Below the pieces are notes generated by a model that did no database searches, was not told the DNA's origin, and saw only the letters and a list, made by a program, of their open reading frames with translations. Position numbers and translations under genes: made by a program. From positions 1 through 51,539 of the forward strand of contig CAZCRK010000006.1 in assembly GCA_964501035.1 (NCBI GenBank): DNA of 51,539 nt. The letters are read 5' to 3'. Below, piece after piece: positions 8,732 through 19,721 of this stretch (positions within the stretch are counted from its first letter, which is position 1; every line of letters starts with the position of its first letter).

Positions 8732-11315
8732 CAATACTTTTCTTTAACTCATCCAGTTTTTCTAGGGCTTCAAGTGGTGTTAAAGTGTTAATATTTACCT
8801 CATTCAGTTTCTTCCGAATCTTTAACTCTTCTTCTTTGAATAAATCCATCTGAGAAATTTCTTCTATTTCATGAGATACTGTAGGTAAATGAAATTTATC
8901 CTTAGAAAGTTCTGATAAAATTGAAGTTGCTCTATTTATAACAGATATTGGAAGACCTGCCATACCTGCAACGTGAATCCCATAGCTTTTATCAGCTCCA
9001 CCCTCAATTATTTTACGGAGAAATACGACATTATCCTCGTGTTCTTGAACAGCTACATTTAAATTTACACCTCTGTCTAAATTTTCAACTAATTCTACAA
9101 GTTCATGGTAGTGTGTAGCAAAAATCGTTCTTGCCTGAATTTCACTTTTGTTGTGAAGATACTCAACAACTGACCATGCTATAGACAATCCATCATACGT
9201 TGATGTTCCTCTACCTATTTCATCCAGTAAGATAAGGCTCTTCTTAGTGGCGTTATTTAATATATTTGCTGTTTCATTCATTTCAACTAAAAATGTGGAT
9301 TCACCCCTAGCTAAATTATCACTTGCACCAACTCGTGTGAACAATTTATCAACTATTCCAATATTTGCTTTTGAAGCAGGTACAAAGGAGCCAATTTGAG
9401 CCATTAACACAATCAATCCAATTTGACGTAAATAGGTACTTTTACCTGCCATATTAGGACCCGTTATAAGCACTATTTGGTTCGTTTTAGAATCTAATTT
9501 CACATCATTTGGTATAAAATCTTCTCCAATAGGCAACAATGTTTCAACAACTGGATGTCGTGAGTCTCTTATTTCTAACACTGGTTTTTGAGACATTTTT
9601 GGTTTCACATATTCGTTACTAACTGCAACTTCTGCTAGTGCTGAAGCAATATCAAATTTTGATAAAATTTCCGAATTCTGTTGAATGGGTATAATTTGAA
9701 GCATAATTTGCTGTATTAATTCACTCAATATATTTGCTTCAAGTTCAACAATTTTTTCTTCAGCAGATAGTATTTTTTCTTCATATACTTTCAGCTCCTC
9801 AGTAAAATATCGTTCAGAGTTTGTTAATGTCTGTTTTCTAATATAATATTCAGGAATTTTATCAATATGCGTTTTAGTAACATCAATATAGTAACCAAAC
9901 ACTCTATTATAACCAATTTTTAAACTAGGGATCCCAGTTTTCTGCTGTTCCTCGACTTGCATCTTAGCAAGCCAATCACTTGCATTTGTAGAAAGCTTAC
10001 GATATTCATCAAGTTTTTTAGAAAAACCATCTGCAATATATCCACCTTTTGAAATATTTACTGGAGGGTCTTCCTTTAATGTTTTCATTATAATATTTTC
10101 AATTTCAGTAGTATTCTTTGATTTTGAAATTAACTTATTTAATGAAGAACTGTCACCTCCAATTATGTGTTTGATATTCTTTATCTGTGCTAATGAATTA
10201 CCAAGATTTATAATGTCTTTTGGGTGAGCTTTATGAGTTGATAAACGTGCCATGATTCGTGTAATGTCAGAAACTTGTTTTAATGAAGATCTAATCCCAT
10301 CTTTTATCTCAAAATCCGAAAAACATTCTTCAACTCTCATTAGCCGTTTTTCTATTTTTCCAACATCAGATAAGGGTTGACTTAACCACTGTTTTAACAT
10401 TCTACTACCCGCAGATGTTACTGTTTTATCCATCACACTTATTAATGTACCATACAAATCGTGTGAAGATAGTGATCTAAATATTTCTAAATTTTGTAAT
10501 GTATATGCATCAACTCCCATATATCCATCTTCTTGTATTAAGAAAAATGAAGTAATATGAGTAGATTTATTTTGAAAATTTTGATTCACATAATGTAAAG
10601 CACATGCTGAAGCTGAAACTAACAAATCTCTATTTTCTAATCCAAAACCCTTTAAAGATTGTGTATTAAACTGCTCAATGAGAATATCATAAGCAGTTTC
10701 AATTTCCGCAACCCAATCTGGAATTGTCGAAATAAAACATTGATTATTTTGTAACAAATTTGTTAGTGTATCTTTTTGGCTTTCAGGAACAATAACTTCA
10801 GAAACTGAATATCGATGCAATAAATGAAGAAGGCTATTTTCTTCCCACTCACCACCGAAAAACTCACCCGTAGAATAATCTAAAATAGATAAAGCAAATT
10901 TGTTATTATTAAAAATAACACTAGCTAAAAAATTATTTTGAGAATGGTCTAAATACTTCTCTGTTAAAGCGGTTCCAGGAGATAAAACTTCTACTACTTC
11001 ACGTTTTACAATGCCTTTTGCTTTTTTGGGGTCTTCAACCTGTTCACAAATTGCCACCCGATGACCTGCTTTTAAAAGTTTATGTAAATACTGTTCTAAT
11101 GAGTGGTAGGGAAACCCAGCTAGAGGTACAGTAGATGCTGCTCCATTTGCCCGTTTTGTTAGAGCTATACCTAATATTTCTGATGCTAAAATAGCATCAT
11201 CATCGAATGTTTCGTAAAAATCACCCATTCTAAACAACATTACCGCATCTGGATGCTTTTTCTTTGCATTCCAAAATTGTTTCATAACGGGTGTTTGTCC
11301 TTTTTTACCTGCCAT
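8721..11315 (-). CDS. mutS: DNA mismatch repair protein MutS (MutS1)
   Basis: TPVMKQF, FRMGDFYETF, TGPNMAGKSTYLRQ, STFLVEM, DEIGRGTST, ATHYHEL and SYGIHVA. Confidence 0.98.
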   Translation of the reverse strand: MAGKKGQTPVMKQFWNAKKKHPDAVMLFRMGDFYETFDDDAILASEILGIALTKRANGAASTVPLAGFPYHSLEQYLHKLLKAGHRVAICEQVEDPKKAKGIVKREVVEVLSPGTALTEKYLDHSQNNFLASVIFNNNKFALSILDYSTGEFFGGEWEENSLLHLLHRYSVSEVIVPESQKDTLTNLLQNNQCFISTIPDWVAEIETAYDILIEQFNTQSLKGFGLENRDLLVSASACALHYVNQNFQNKSTHITSFFLIQEDGYMGVDAYTLQNLEIFRSLSSHDLYGTLISVMDKTVTSAGSRMLKQWLSQPLSDVGKIEKRLMRVEECFSDFEIKDGIRSSLKQVSDITRIMARLSTHKAHPKDIINLGNSLAQIKNIKHIIGGDSSSLNKLISKSKNTTEIENIIMKTLKEDPPVNISKGGYIADGFSKKLDEYRKLSTNASDWLAKMQVEEQQKTGIPSLKIGYNRVFGYYIDVTKTHIDKIPEYYIRKQTLTNSERYFTEELKVYEEKILSAEEKIVELEANILSELIQQIMLQIIPIQQNSEILSKFDIASALAEVAVSNEYVKPKMSQKPVLEIRDSRHPVVETLLPIGEDFIPNDVKLDSKTNQIVLITGPNMAGKSTYLRQIGLIVLMAQIGSFVPASKANIGIVDKLFTRVGASDNLARGESTFLVEMNETANILNNATKKSLILLDEIGRGTSTYDGLSIAWSVVEYLHNKSEIQARTIFATHYHELVELVENLDRGVNLNVAVQEHEDNVVFLRKIIEGGADKSYGIHVAGMAGLPISVINRATSILSELSKDKFHLPTVSHEIEEISQMDLFKEEELKIRKKLNEVNINTLTPLEALEKLDELKKSIDEK

Positions 11316-13192
11316 TATGTAACTAGTTTTCGATTGTTTTCGTGTCTGTATGTAATTTTCAGCTTATCAAAGTATTCAAGAAGTGGAACTGCATACTTTC
11401 TACTTGTCTTAGCTAAATCTTTAAATTCCGAAACACTTAATGTAGTTGTAGATTGAAAGTGAAACAACAACTCTTGTCTCAAATTATCAAAATTATTTTT
11501 AGTAAACATTAAATTACCACTAATTCTAATAATTTTTCCCTGTTGTTCTAAAATATTTAGAAGTACCATTACTTTTTCTGCATCAAAATCAATTTTGGTT
11601 GCAAGTTCTTTAAAACTTGATGATGTAAACCCTTCTTTATCTAGAATATGAATCAACTCATCTTGTATCATTAACTCATCTTTGTTTAATTCAATTTCAA
11701 AACTACTTAAAGCCCATAACTCATTACTCTGTTTAACAGCATTTTGATTTTCAAGAGATTCTAGAAGAAAGTCTGTGAATAAAACATCACCTTTAATTTT
11801 CTGTCTAATTGTTTCCTTTTGAACGCCACCTTTGTATGGGTTTAACTCATGATATTTACGTAAATATTCTAAAATGTTTTTCTCAATTTTGTCTCTTTGT
11901 AGATTGGTAACCACCCAATTTTCACGTTTATAATCAATTAAATTAATTGCATCATCTTCATCAATAATAGTTTTTACTTTGTCAATTGAAATTGTTAACC
12001 TAGTGGACAACCTTGACAAAGTAATAGGATATGCAAATTGATTTTCAACTATTAATTGAATTTGCCCCTTTTTATCTAGGGTATCAAGTTTTGAGATATA
12101 ATCTTTTATAACTTTCCATTTGTCAGAAAGTTCAGTATCTAGAACATAACCACCACCAATTGTATGAACTGGGGAATAACTTCGAATAATAAACTTATCT
12201 TCTCTTCCTGCAATTAAGGGAGATTCTAAACGTAACATTATGGGAGCAGAAGAGTTTGGTTCTAGTTGTCTAGCATCGATTAATGCTACACGCGCCATGA
12301 CTTCCTGGGTTCCTAAATGTACTCTAACTCTTTGGTTTTGAATCAATGGTTTCTTTTCTGAACTTAACAGATGAAAATGTACGGCAATTTTATGCGTTTC
12401 ACTTAGTGAATTAGGTGTACAAATTACACTCCCTCTAGAAACTTTATCTATATCAATAGATTGTATATTTATGGCAGCTCTATCTCCTAAGAACACTTCG
12501 TCAACTGACATAGTATGCGATTGAAGACCTCTAATTTTACTCTTAACCCCACTTGGTAAAATTTCAATATTTTTCCCTATTTGTACCGATCCAGATGAAA
12601 CTGTACCTGTAGCAACTGTACCAAATCCTTTGATACTAAATGCCCTGTCAACAGACATTCTAAAAATACCCCTATCTTTTTTGGGGGGTACAGAATCGGA
12701 AATTGAAACAAGATTATTTTTTAGATTTTCAATTCCAGTATTATTTAGCGCAGACACTTTATGGATTGTAGCATTTTCTAAAAATGACCCCTCAACAAGC
12801 TCTTGGACATCCATTTCTACTAATTCTAGCCATTCATCATCGGCAATATCTATTTTATTGATTACAATTACACCTGTTGAAACATCTAGTAGTTTTAAAA
12901 TCTCAAAGTGTTCACGGGTTTGAGGCATTACTCCATCATCTGCAGCTACTACTAAAATTGCAACATCAATTCCACTCACACCAGACATCATGTTTTTAAC
13001 AAACTTTTCATGTCCAGGAACATCAATCATAGTAATATTTTCTGTAAGAAATGCAAACCCTATGTCGATTGTCATTCCTCTATCTATTTCTTGATCTAAT
13101 TTGTCAGTGTTAACACCAGTTAATGATTTAACAAGAGCTGTTTTCCCATGGTCAATATGACCAGACAACCCAATTACAACTTGTCTATTCAT
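11315..13192 (-). CDS. selB: Selenocysteine-specific elongation factor
   Basis: [24 protein letters not shown] and NKID GTPase motifs plus C-terminal winged helix [14 protein letters not shown]. Adjacent to selA. Confidence 0.97.
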   Translation of the reverse strand: MNRQVVIGLSGHIDHGKTALVKSLTGVNTDKLDQEIDRGMTIDIGFAFLTENITMIDVPGHEKFVKNMMSGVSGIDVAILVVAADDGVMPQTREHFEILKLLDVSTGVIVINKIDIADDEWLELVEMDVQELVEGSFLENATIHKVSALNNTGIENLKNNLVSISDSVPPKKDRGIFRMSVDRAFSIKGFGTVATGTVSSGSVQIGKNIEILPSGVKSKIRGLQSHTMSVDEVFLGDRAAINIQSIDIDKVSRGSVICTPNSLSETHKIAVHFHLLSSEKKPLIQNQRVRVHLGTQEVMARVALIDARQLEPNSSAPIMLRLESPLIAGREDKFIIRSYSPVHTIGGGYVLDTELSDKWKVIKDYISKLDTLDKKGQIQLIVENQFAYPITLSRLSTRLTISIDKVKTIIDEDDAINLIDYKRENWVVTNLQRDKIEKNILEYLRKYHELNPYKGGVQKETIRQKIKGDVLFTDFLLESLENQNAVKQSNELWALSSFEIELNKDELMIQDELIHILDKEGFTSSSFKELATKIDFDAEKVMVLLNILEQQGKIIRISGNLMFTKNNFDNLRQELLFHFQSTTTLSVSEFKDLAKTSRKYAVPLLEYFDKLKITYRHENNRKLVT

Positions 13193-14589
13193 AGAGTTTT
13201 ATTTATTGTATCGACCAATAAATCGATAGATTCGTTAGGAATAGCTTTCAAATCTATTCTAAACTTCTTTCCATGAATATATCCTAAAACAGGTGTTTTT
13301 GCTTGTCTGAGTTTTGAAGAAATCTGGGAAGGTTTTATATTAGAATCAAATGAAATTGCAATACTTGGGAATGACTCTAAAGGCAATGAACCACTTCCAG
13401 CTTCTACATTTGTTTTGATTAAAGTGAGTTTATGATTTTTTCTAATTGTGGGGTTGATTTTTTCAAGGATATTTTCCCCCAATTTTTCTAACTCATATTG
13501 TGATCGCTTGAATAATAATAACGTTAAATTTGAATCATTAACTTCAGATTTAGAAATATAAGTTTTTAGAGTTTGTTCTAAAATAGAAACCGTCAGTTTA
13601 TCGGTTCTTAAAGCACGATATAACGCATTTTTATGTAATTTTCTAATAAGAGATTTCTTGCCACACACTATTCCAGATTGAGGACCTCCTAATAATTTGT
13701 CTCCACTGAAAGATACTAAATGGGCACCTTTTTTGATGTAATAGTCAACTGTTTCTTCAAACGGTAGACCAAACTCTTGAAAATCTGCTATTGCCCCACT
13801 ACCAAGGTCCACAAGTAGTGGTATTCTTTTCTTTTTAGCTAAAGTAGATAACTCAGAAAGGTCAACTTCTTTGGTGAATCCCAAAACTTTATAATTACTT
13901 GTATGTGCAACTAAAATTGCACCTGTATTGGTTGAAATTGCATTTTCATAATCTTGTAAATGCGTTTTATTTGTTGCTCCCACTTCAATTGGAATACAAC
14001 CTGATTTTTGAATAACATCAGGGATGCGAAATGAACCACCAATTTCAACTTGTTGTCCTCTGCTAATAATAACTTCTTTTCCATCAGAAATAGAATTTAA
14101 CATTAACAATACAGCAGCTGCATTATTGTTTACAATAATTGTGGATTCAGCACCAGTTAAGCTATTCACTAATGCATCAATATGATTATTTCTCTCTCCC
14201 CTTTTACCATTTGACAAACTCAATTCAAGATTACTATAATGAGAAATATTTTCCATTGCTTTTTGGAGGATTGGTGTAGAAATTGGAGCTCGACCTAACC
14301 CTGTATGTAAAATAATTCCTGTGCCATTAATTACCCTTTGTAGATTGGGTTGGGATAAACTTTCTAACTGCACAGAAAGTGTATCTAAGATAGACTTTTG
14401 AATATTTTCTATCTTCTCCCCATTTTGTATCTCATTTCTGAATTCTTTAAGCGTAGATTGAATTGTTGATTTAAATAAGTTATAGGGGATTAACTGATTA
14501 AATTTACTGAACTGGTTGAGCAAGTCATCAACCGAAGGAAGCTGTTTTAGTGCCTCACGGGCATTTACATTTGTACTCACCTTGGACAT
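13189..14589 (-). CDS. selA: L-seryl-tRNA(Sec) selenium transferase
   Basis: LPSVDDLL, VINGTGIILHTGLGRA, VNNNAAAV, EIGGSFRIPDV, DLGSG and PLP-lysine FSGDKLLGGPQ. Confidence 0.97.
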   Translation of the reverse strand: MSKVSTNVNAREALKQLPSVDDLLNQFSKFNQLIPYNLFKSTIQSTLKEFRNEIQNGEKIENIQKSILDTLSVQLESLSQPNLQRVINGTGIILHTGLGRAPISTPILQKAMENISHYSNLELSLSNGKRGERNNHIDALVNSLTGAESTIIVNNNAAAVLLMLNSISDGKEVIISRGQQVEIGGSFRIPDVIQKSGCIPIEVGATNKTHLQDYENAISTNTGAILVAHTSNYKVLGFTKEVDLSELSTLAKKKRIPLLVDLGSGAIADFQEFGLPFEETVDYYIKKGAHLVSFSGDKLLGGPQSGIVCGKKSLIRKLHKNALYRALRTDKLTVSILEQTLKTYISKSEVNDSNLTLLLFKRSQYELEKLGENILEKINPTIRKNHKLTLIKTNVEAGSGSLPLESFPSIAISFDSNIKPSQISSKLRQAKTPVLGYIHGKKFRIDLKAIPNESIDLLVDTINKTL

Positions 14590-14607
14590 ATTTTGTCCAA
14601 TATAATT

Positions 14608-16239
14608 TTATAAATAGTCATTGATGTTCACCTCATCAATCTGTTCTTTTGGTAAATGATTCTTTGCATATTCTAAATAAATTTTATTTTTAACAAAAAT
14701 TGCAAATAAATCAGGATCAATCTCTCCATCATTTCGCATAAAAGATAAAATTCGTAATGCTTGAGAAAGAGTATTTGCTTTTTTATAGGGTCTATCACTA
14801 GCCGTAAGAGATTCAAACACATCAGCAATTGCCATAATTTTAGCTTGGGTAGGCATCTGTTCACCAGTTAAACCTTTTGGGTAACCTTTCCCATTTATTT
14901 TTTCATGATGCCCCCCCGCATATTCTGGAATATTTGCCAGTGATTTTGGGTAAGGTAGCTGTTCTAACATATTTATGGTTTGCACAATATGGTCCATCAT
15001 TATTTTTCGTTCTGACTCATTAATGGTACCCCGTGCAATGTTTAAATTTAAAACTTCATCATCACCCAATAATGGAGTACTTTTTGATTGAACCGTTAAA
15101 GAATGCTTAGAAATATGTCTGATTTTATCTTTAAACTCTTCTTTCATAAATTCACCACCAATATTGCATTTTTCAATAAATGCAAGATCAGATTCTAAAG
15201 ATTCAATATCTTTTTGGTATTTATCCTGAATTGAATCAAATTTTTCAGATGAACCATTTTCATAATGTGCTAACTTTTGTTTTAATAATGAAATTTCTGC
15301 ATCACGTTTTAATACTTCGAACCGCATTTTAACAATATCAATTCTATCTACAATAGTTTCTAATTTAGTCGCTTTATCCATGACATATTCTGGAGTCGTA
15401 ACTTTTCCGCAATCATGTAACCAGGCAGCAATTGAAAGCTCATATTCTTCATCTTCTGACATTACAAAATTTTTATATGGACCTTTATTTTCCTTCTCAA
15501 CAGCTTTAGCCAATAACATTGTTAAGTCAGGTACACGGGAACAATGTCCACCTGTGTAAGGTGATTTAGCATCAATTGCTGAAGCAATCAATTTGATGAA
15601 TGATTCAAATAAGTTTTTTAACTCTTCAACAAGTTTTCTATTTGTTAATGCAACTGCAGCCTGGGATGCCAATGACTCAACATCTTCTTGCATTTCTTCA
15701 TTAAAAGAAACAATATCTCCGGATTTTGTATCAATTGCATTTATCAATTGAAGCACTCCAATTACATCATTTTCATGGTTCTTCATGGGTACATTTAAAA
15801 ATGAAGTGGAACGGTAACCATTTTTCTCATCAAATCCTCTTGTTCCGCTAAAATCAAATCCCTTTTCTTCATAAGCATCTGTAATATTTACAGTTTTGCC
15901 AGTCAAAGCGGTGTAGGCAGATACATTATGGTTATTGGGTTCTTTGGTTTCAGAATCATACAGTTTTACAGGATAAATACTTTTAGGAACCGGTGGTGCA
16001 GTTACTCCACCAAATTGAATATTTAACGAATCGGTTCTCATAATTTCAAAACTTAGCATATTGTTATCTATCATTAAATAAAGTGTACCTGCATCAGAAT
16101 TAGTTAACGTTTTAGCTTCATTTAGAATAATCTCTAATAATTTATCGATATTTTTTTCAGCAGAAAGTGCAACGCCAATTTCATTAAATCTGCGCAGTTT
16201 TTCTTTTAACTTAATATATTTTTTTTCAGGAATAATCAT
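14608..16239 (-). CDS. GAF + HD-GYP domain protein (putative cyclic-dinucleotide phosphodiesterase)
   Basis: N-terminal GAF (PMKNHENDVIGVLQLIN), then YTGGHCSRV, WLHDCGK, HHEKINGKGYPKG and DVFESLTASDRPYK. Confidence 0.93.
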   Translation of the reverse strand: MIIPEKKYIKLKEKLRRFNEIGVALSAEKNIDKLLEIILNEAKTLTNSDAGTLYLMIDNNMLSFEIMRTDSLNIQFGGVTAPPVPKSIYPVKLYDSETKEPNNHNVSAYTALTGKTVNITDAYEEKGFDFSGTRGFDEKNGYRSTSFLNVPMKNHENDVIGVLQLINAIDTKSGDIVSFNEEMQEDVESLASQAAVALTNRKLVEELKNLFESFIKLIASAIDAKSPYTGGHCSRVPDLTMLLAKAVEKENKGPYKNFVMSEDEEYELSIAAWLHDCGKVTTPEYVMDKATKLETIVDRIDIVKMRFEVLKRDAEISLLKQKLAHYENGSSEKFDSIQDKYQKDIESLESDLAFIEKCNIGGEFMKEEFKDKIRHISKHSLTVQSKSTPLLGDDEVLNLNIARGTINESERKIMMDHIVQTINMLEQLPYPKSLANIPEYAGGHHEKINGKGYPKGLTGEQMPTQAKIMAIADVFESLTASDRPYKKANTLSQALRILSFMRNDGEIDPDLFAIFVKNKIYLEYAKNHLPKEQIDEVNINDYL

Positions 16240-16275
16240 TTAACCAATGAATGTTGAAGTTTTAATATATTTAAT

Positions 16276-17418
16276 TTAAGCATTTTTTACAAAATTTCTT
16301 TTAAAAATAAATGCAAATATTGTTGCAACGATTAAAAATACAGCAAATCCAGGAAAAATCAATGGCAATCCAAATTTTTCTCCAATCATCCCACCAATCA
16401 TACCAGATAATGAACCAATCGCAAAGCTTAATCCAGAGGAAAGCCCGTAAATAAAACCGCGCTTAGAAACATGACTAACATCTGCTATTAAACTATTATT
16501 TATCGGTTGAAACATGAAATTAATTGCTCCCAAAATGCCAACACAGATTACTAAAGGAAAATTTGTCAAAATAGACATTATCACTAAAAATGGAATATTT
16601 AATCCAACCACCCATACAAGTAAACTTTTACGAGAATATTTTTCACCAAGTTGTCCACCAATTAACTGACCAATAATTCCAATGAACAAAATAAATCCAG
16701 TTAATACTCCACCCCGTAATACTTTTTCAAACCCAATATCAACAGAATCAGCAAAATAATAAGGTAAAAAATTAAAAAGACCGTGATGAGCTAAACCCCA
16801 AAGAGATGCTACAACAAAAATAAGAATATGTGGTTTTGTTATACTAAACTGAGTTTGTTGATTACTCAAAGTAGGAGAGAATACTCTATCATACTTAAGC
16901 AGTGTTATCAAACCAACAATTGCCACACCTCCCAATAGTAAATAGGCAATTTTCCAACTAAACAATACAACCATCACTGAACCAATAATTGGACCACTTG
17001 CCAAACCTAAGCTTCCAGAAATGCCATGGTATGACATTGCTTTACTGACATTCTTCGAATGACTAACCATTTTCAATCCAGCTGGATGATAAAGTCCTGC
17101 AAATCCACCTAGAACAGCCAATCCCGTACCTATTTGAAAAAAAGTGGATGAAAAATACAACCAGATAGTAGTCAAAAATATCCCAATGAAGTAAATTTCT
17201 AGTACCCTTTTGGATCCAATTTTATCTGTTAAGTATCCTGCAGGAATACCTCCTAATCCAAGACAAAATATTTGCAGAGTTGCAAGTTGACCTAATTGTA
17301 TCAATGAAGCATTATAAGTAGATTCCAAAACAAGAAATATGGATGGCAAAATCATTGTGATACTATGTACCAAAAAGTGCCCAATACTTGTGATTAATGT
17401 TATAGTAGATTTGCTCAT
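16276..17418 (-). CDS. MFS transporter
   Basis: About 12 hydrophobic segments, MFS motif A (GYLTDKIGSKR), YHP and a second-half GEKYSRK repeat. Substrate unknown. Confidence 0.9.
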   Translation of the reverse strand: MSKSTITLITSIGHFLVHSITMILPSIFLVLESTYNASLIQLGQLATLQIFCLGLGGIPAGYLTDKIGSKRVLEIYFIGIFLTTIWLYFSSTFFQIGTGLAVLGGFAGLYHPAGLKMVSHSKNVSKAMSYHGISGSLGLASGPIIGSVMVVLFSWKIAYLLLGGVAIVGLITLLKYDRVFSPTLSNQQTQFSITKPHILIFVVASLWGLAHHGLFNFLPYYFADSVDIGFEKVLRGGVLTGFILFIGIIGQLIGGQLGEKYSRKSLLVWVVGLNIPFLVIMSILTNFPLVICVGILGAINFMFQPINNSLIADVSHVSKRGFIYGLSSGLSFAIGSLSGMIGGMIGEKFGLPLIFPGFAVFLIVATIFAFIFKRNFVKNA

Positions 17419-17458
17419 AAAAACAAAAAGCCCTTAACCTGAATGATCAAGAGCTTTT
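17419..17458 (-). terminator. Rho-independent terminator after rplS
   Basis: AAAAGCUCUUGAUC-AUUCA-GGUUAAGGGCUUUU followed by UGUUUUU. Confidence 0.8.
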
Positions 17459-17477
17459 ATACTACATATTAAATAGT

Positions 17478-17822
17478 TTATGTACTTTCTTTAATTCGAG
17501 CTGCTTTACCTTTTAACTCTCTCAGATAATACAGTTTAGCTCTTCGTACTTTACCTTTTTTCAGTATTTTTATTTCTTCAATATTTGGTGAATGATAAGG
17601 GAATATTCTTTCAACACCAACACCATTAGAAATTTTTCTGACTGTAAAGGATTTACTTGTTCCAGCTCCAGCAGAAACTGCAATAACAACTCCTTGGAAT
17701 GTTTGAACACGCGTTCTACTTCCTTCAACAACTCTAACACCTACTGCAACAGTATCACCCGAATTAAAATCAGGCAAATCTGTTTTTATATCATTTTGTG
17801 TTGCTTGTAATATTTTATCCAT
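17478..17822 (-). CDS. rplS: 50S ribosomal protein L19
   Basis: [36 protein letters not shown] and [11 protein letters not shown]. Start reset to ATG 17822 (MDKIL). Confidence 0.98.
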   Translation of the reverse strand: MDKILQATQNDIKTDLPDFNSGDTVAVGVRVVEGSRTRVQTFQGVVIAVSAGAGTSKSFTVRKISNGVGVERIFPYHSPNIEEIKILKKGKVRRAKLYYLRELKGKAARIKEST

Positions 17823-18528
17823 CTTCTTTAATATCCTTTCTTGAAGCAATATAATTTTTCCAAAGGTCAGTCCTTCTTTCCTTTGTTTTTTCTTCACGTT
17901 TTTTCAAACGCCAATTGTCAATATTTTTATGGTGTCCTGACAATAATATATCAGGTATTTTCATCCCATTAAATTCATCTGGTCGTGTATAATGTGGTCC
18001 ATCTAATAAATCAGAAGTAAAAGAATCCGTTTCAACTGATTCATATGAGTTCAATACTCCTGGCAATAATCTAACTATGGCGTCCAACATTACTAGAGAT
18101 GGCAATTCACCACCCGTTAAAACATAGTCACCAATCGAAATTTCATCTGTTACAAGTTCATCTCGTATTCGTTGATCTATTCCCTTATAATGACCATTTA
18201 TAAATACCAAATTTTCACTTTCAGCTAAATCATAAGCAATCTTTTGGTTGAACACTTCTCCATCAGGCGTTGGAAACACAACTCGTTGTGAGTTAGAATG
18301 TATTCGAAGTGACTCCAAAGCCCTAAAAACGGGTTCAGGTTTTAAAATCATTCCATTTCCACCACCAAAAGGATAATCATCAATTCGAAAATGTGGTGGG
18401 TCTGCAAAATCAAACAAATTTACTACATGGTATTGTACATGTTGCTTGGTTTCAGCTCGACCTAAAATGCTTTCACTGATTACAGCTTTGGTCATATCAG
18501 GAAATGGTGTAAGTAAATAAATTTTCAC
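17815..18528 (-). CDS. trmD: tRNA (guanine37-N1)-methyltransferase
   Basis: [37 protein letters not shown] and LLSGHH. Confidence 0.97.
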   Translation of the reverse strand: MKIYLLTPFPDMTKAVISESILGRAETKQHVQYHVVNLFDFADPPHFRIDDYPFGGGNGMILKPEPVFRALESLRIHSNSQRVVFPTPDGEVFNQKIAYDLAESENLVFINGHYKGIDQRIRDELVTDEISIGDYVLTGGELPSLVMLDAIVRLLPGVLNSYESVETDSFTSDLLDGPHYTRPDEFNGMKIPDILLSGHHKNIDNWRLKKREEKTKERRTDLWKNYIASRKDIKEDG

Positions 18529-19055
18529 TAACTTAAAAACCCCTCTATGTTTTTAACATAAACCATTTCATTCTCAAAATCAAAAAGCGTACAAAAATCA
18601 TCCAATATAGGAATGAAAATTTCTTTACCATCTACTTCAACTACAATACTATCATTTGATGGTAAATTGACAATATCAGATACGTTCCCAATAATTTTAC
18701 CATTTTCATCTTGAATGGAAAAACCTATCAAATCAACTAAATAAAATTCTTCTTCATCCAATATGGGGAATTCACTGCGTGAAATTGAAAATTCCAACCC
18801 ATGCAGTTTATCTGCCTCATCTCTAAAATCAACTCCTTTCAATTTAATTCGAGAATGAACTGAATTAAGTTTAACCGACTCAATGATGAATTGAACAGGT
18901 TGTTCAGAGTTAATTGTTTGTATCCAAATAACTTTTCCTTTTTCTAATGCTTCAGATTCTGCATTAAACAAAAGAATTTTAACTTCACCCCTCAAGCCAT
19001 GAGACTTAACAATCTTCCCAATGCAAACTAAATCTGAGGGGGCTTTATTACCCAA
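18528..19055 (-). CDS. rimM: Ribosome maturation factor RimM
   Basis: IGKIVKSHGLRGEVK and EEFYLVDLIG; lies between rpsP and trmD. TTG start. Confidence 0.95.
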   Translation of the reverse strand: MGNKAPSDLVCIGKIVKSHGLRGEVKILLFNAESEALEKGKVIWIQTINSEQPVQFIIESVKLNSVHSRIKLKGVDFRDEADKLHGLEFSISRSEFPILDEEEFYLVDLIGFSIQDENGKIIGNVSDIVNLPSNDSIVVEVDGKEIFIPILDDFCTLFDFENEMVYVKNIEGFLS

Positions 19056-19091
19056 AACTATTAAAAAACGGTTGGAAAAGCAAATATGTTA

Positions 19092-19113
19092 AATCAAGTG
19101 GATATCCACTCAA
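19092..19113 (-). terminator. Hairpin after rpsP (weak terminator or processing stem)
   Basis: Perfect 14-bp palindrome AGTGGATATCCACT at 19097-19110, extendable by G-U pairs and followed by only UUU. Confidence 0.4.
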
Positions 19114-19121
19114 TAAAATAT

Positions 19122-19721
19122 TTATTTACTTTCCTCTTTAGAAGTTTCTTTCGGTGTTTCTTCAACCTTTGATTCTTCTTCAACAGGTTCAGAATCTGCT
19201 TTTACTTCTTCTGCTGTTGATACTTCATCTGGTTCTGAAACCGGTTCTTCAGCTTCTTCTGAAGCAGCTTCCTCAGATTTTGCTTCTACAGCTGGTTCTT
19301 CTGTGGAATCATCTACAGATTCTTCTACATCTTCAGCAACTTCTTCCACTGCTGGTTCAGGTTTAGCAGCTTTCTTTTCTGCAATAGCTTGTTGTTTTGA
19401 CTCTTGTCGAGAAATCCAATCAGCCATTTCTTTTTCAATCTCTTTTTCTGACTTACCATCTTGAATAAGATGCCATTTCAATGCAAGACCTGTTTTTTTG
19501 AAAAGATTTTGAACAGTATCTGAAGGTTGAGCACCCTCTTTCAACCAGTGGATAATTCGATCTTCCTTAATTTCGCATGTTAATGCATGAGGAATTGGAT
19601 CATACCAACCTAATCGTTCAATTTCTTTACCATCTCTTCTTGTTCGAGAGTCTATTGCTACTACTCTGTAAAATGGACGTTTTCTACGTCCCATTCTTTT
19701 CATTCTGATTTTAACTGCCAA
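19122..19721 (-). CDS. rpsP: 30S ribosomal protein S16 with long acidic C-terminal tail
   Basis: VKIRMKRMGRRKRPFYRVVAIDSRTRRDGKEIERLGWYDP and GAQPSDTV, then an E/A/S/P-rich tail. Confidence 0.96.
   Translation of the reverse strand: MAVKIRMKRMGRRKRPFYRVVAIDSRTRRDGKEIERLGWYDPIPHALTCEIKEDRIIHWLKEGAQPSDTVQNLFKKTGLALKWHLIQDGKSEKEIEKEMADWISRQESKQQAIAEKKAAKPEPAVEEVAEDVEESVDDSTEEPAVEAKSEEAASEEAEEPVSEPDEVSTAEEVKADSEPVEEESKVEETPKETSKEESK

Noticed and set aside
11315..14607. tRNA-Sec (selC) near selAB
   Set aside because: No intergenic space long enough here, and no cloverleaf or T-loop motif in any intergenic region of the window.
19067..19094. dif-like site (ATATGTTAAAT resembles the XerD arm)
   Set aside because: No XerC arm at the 6-bp spacing.
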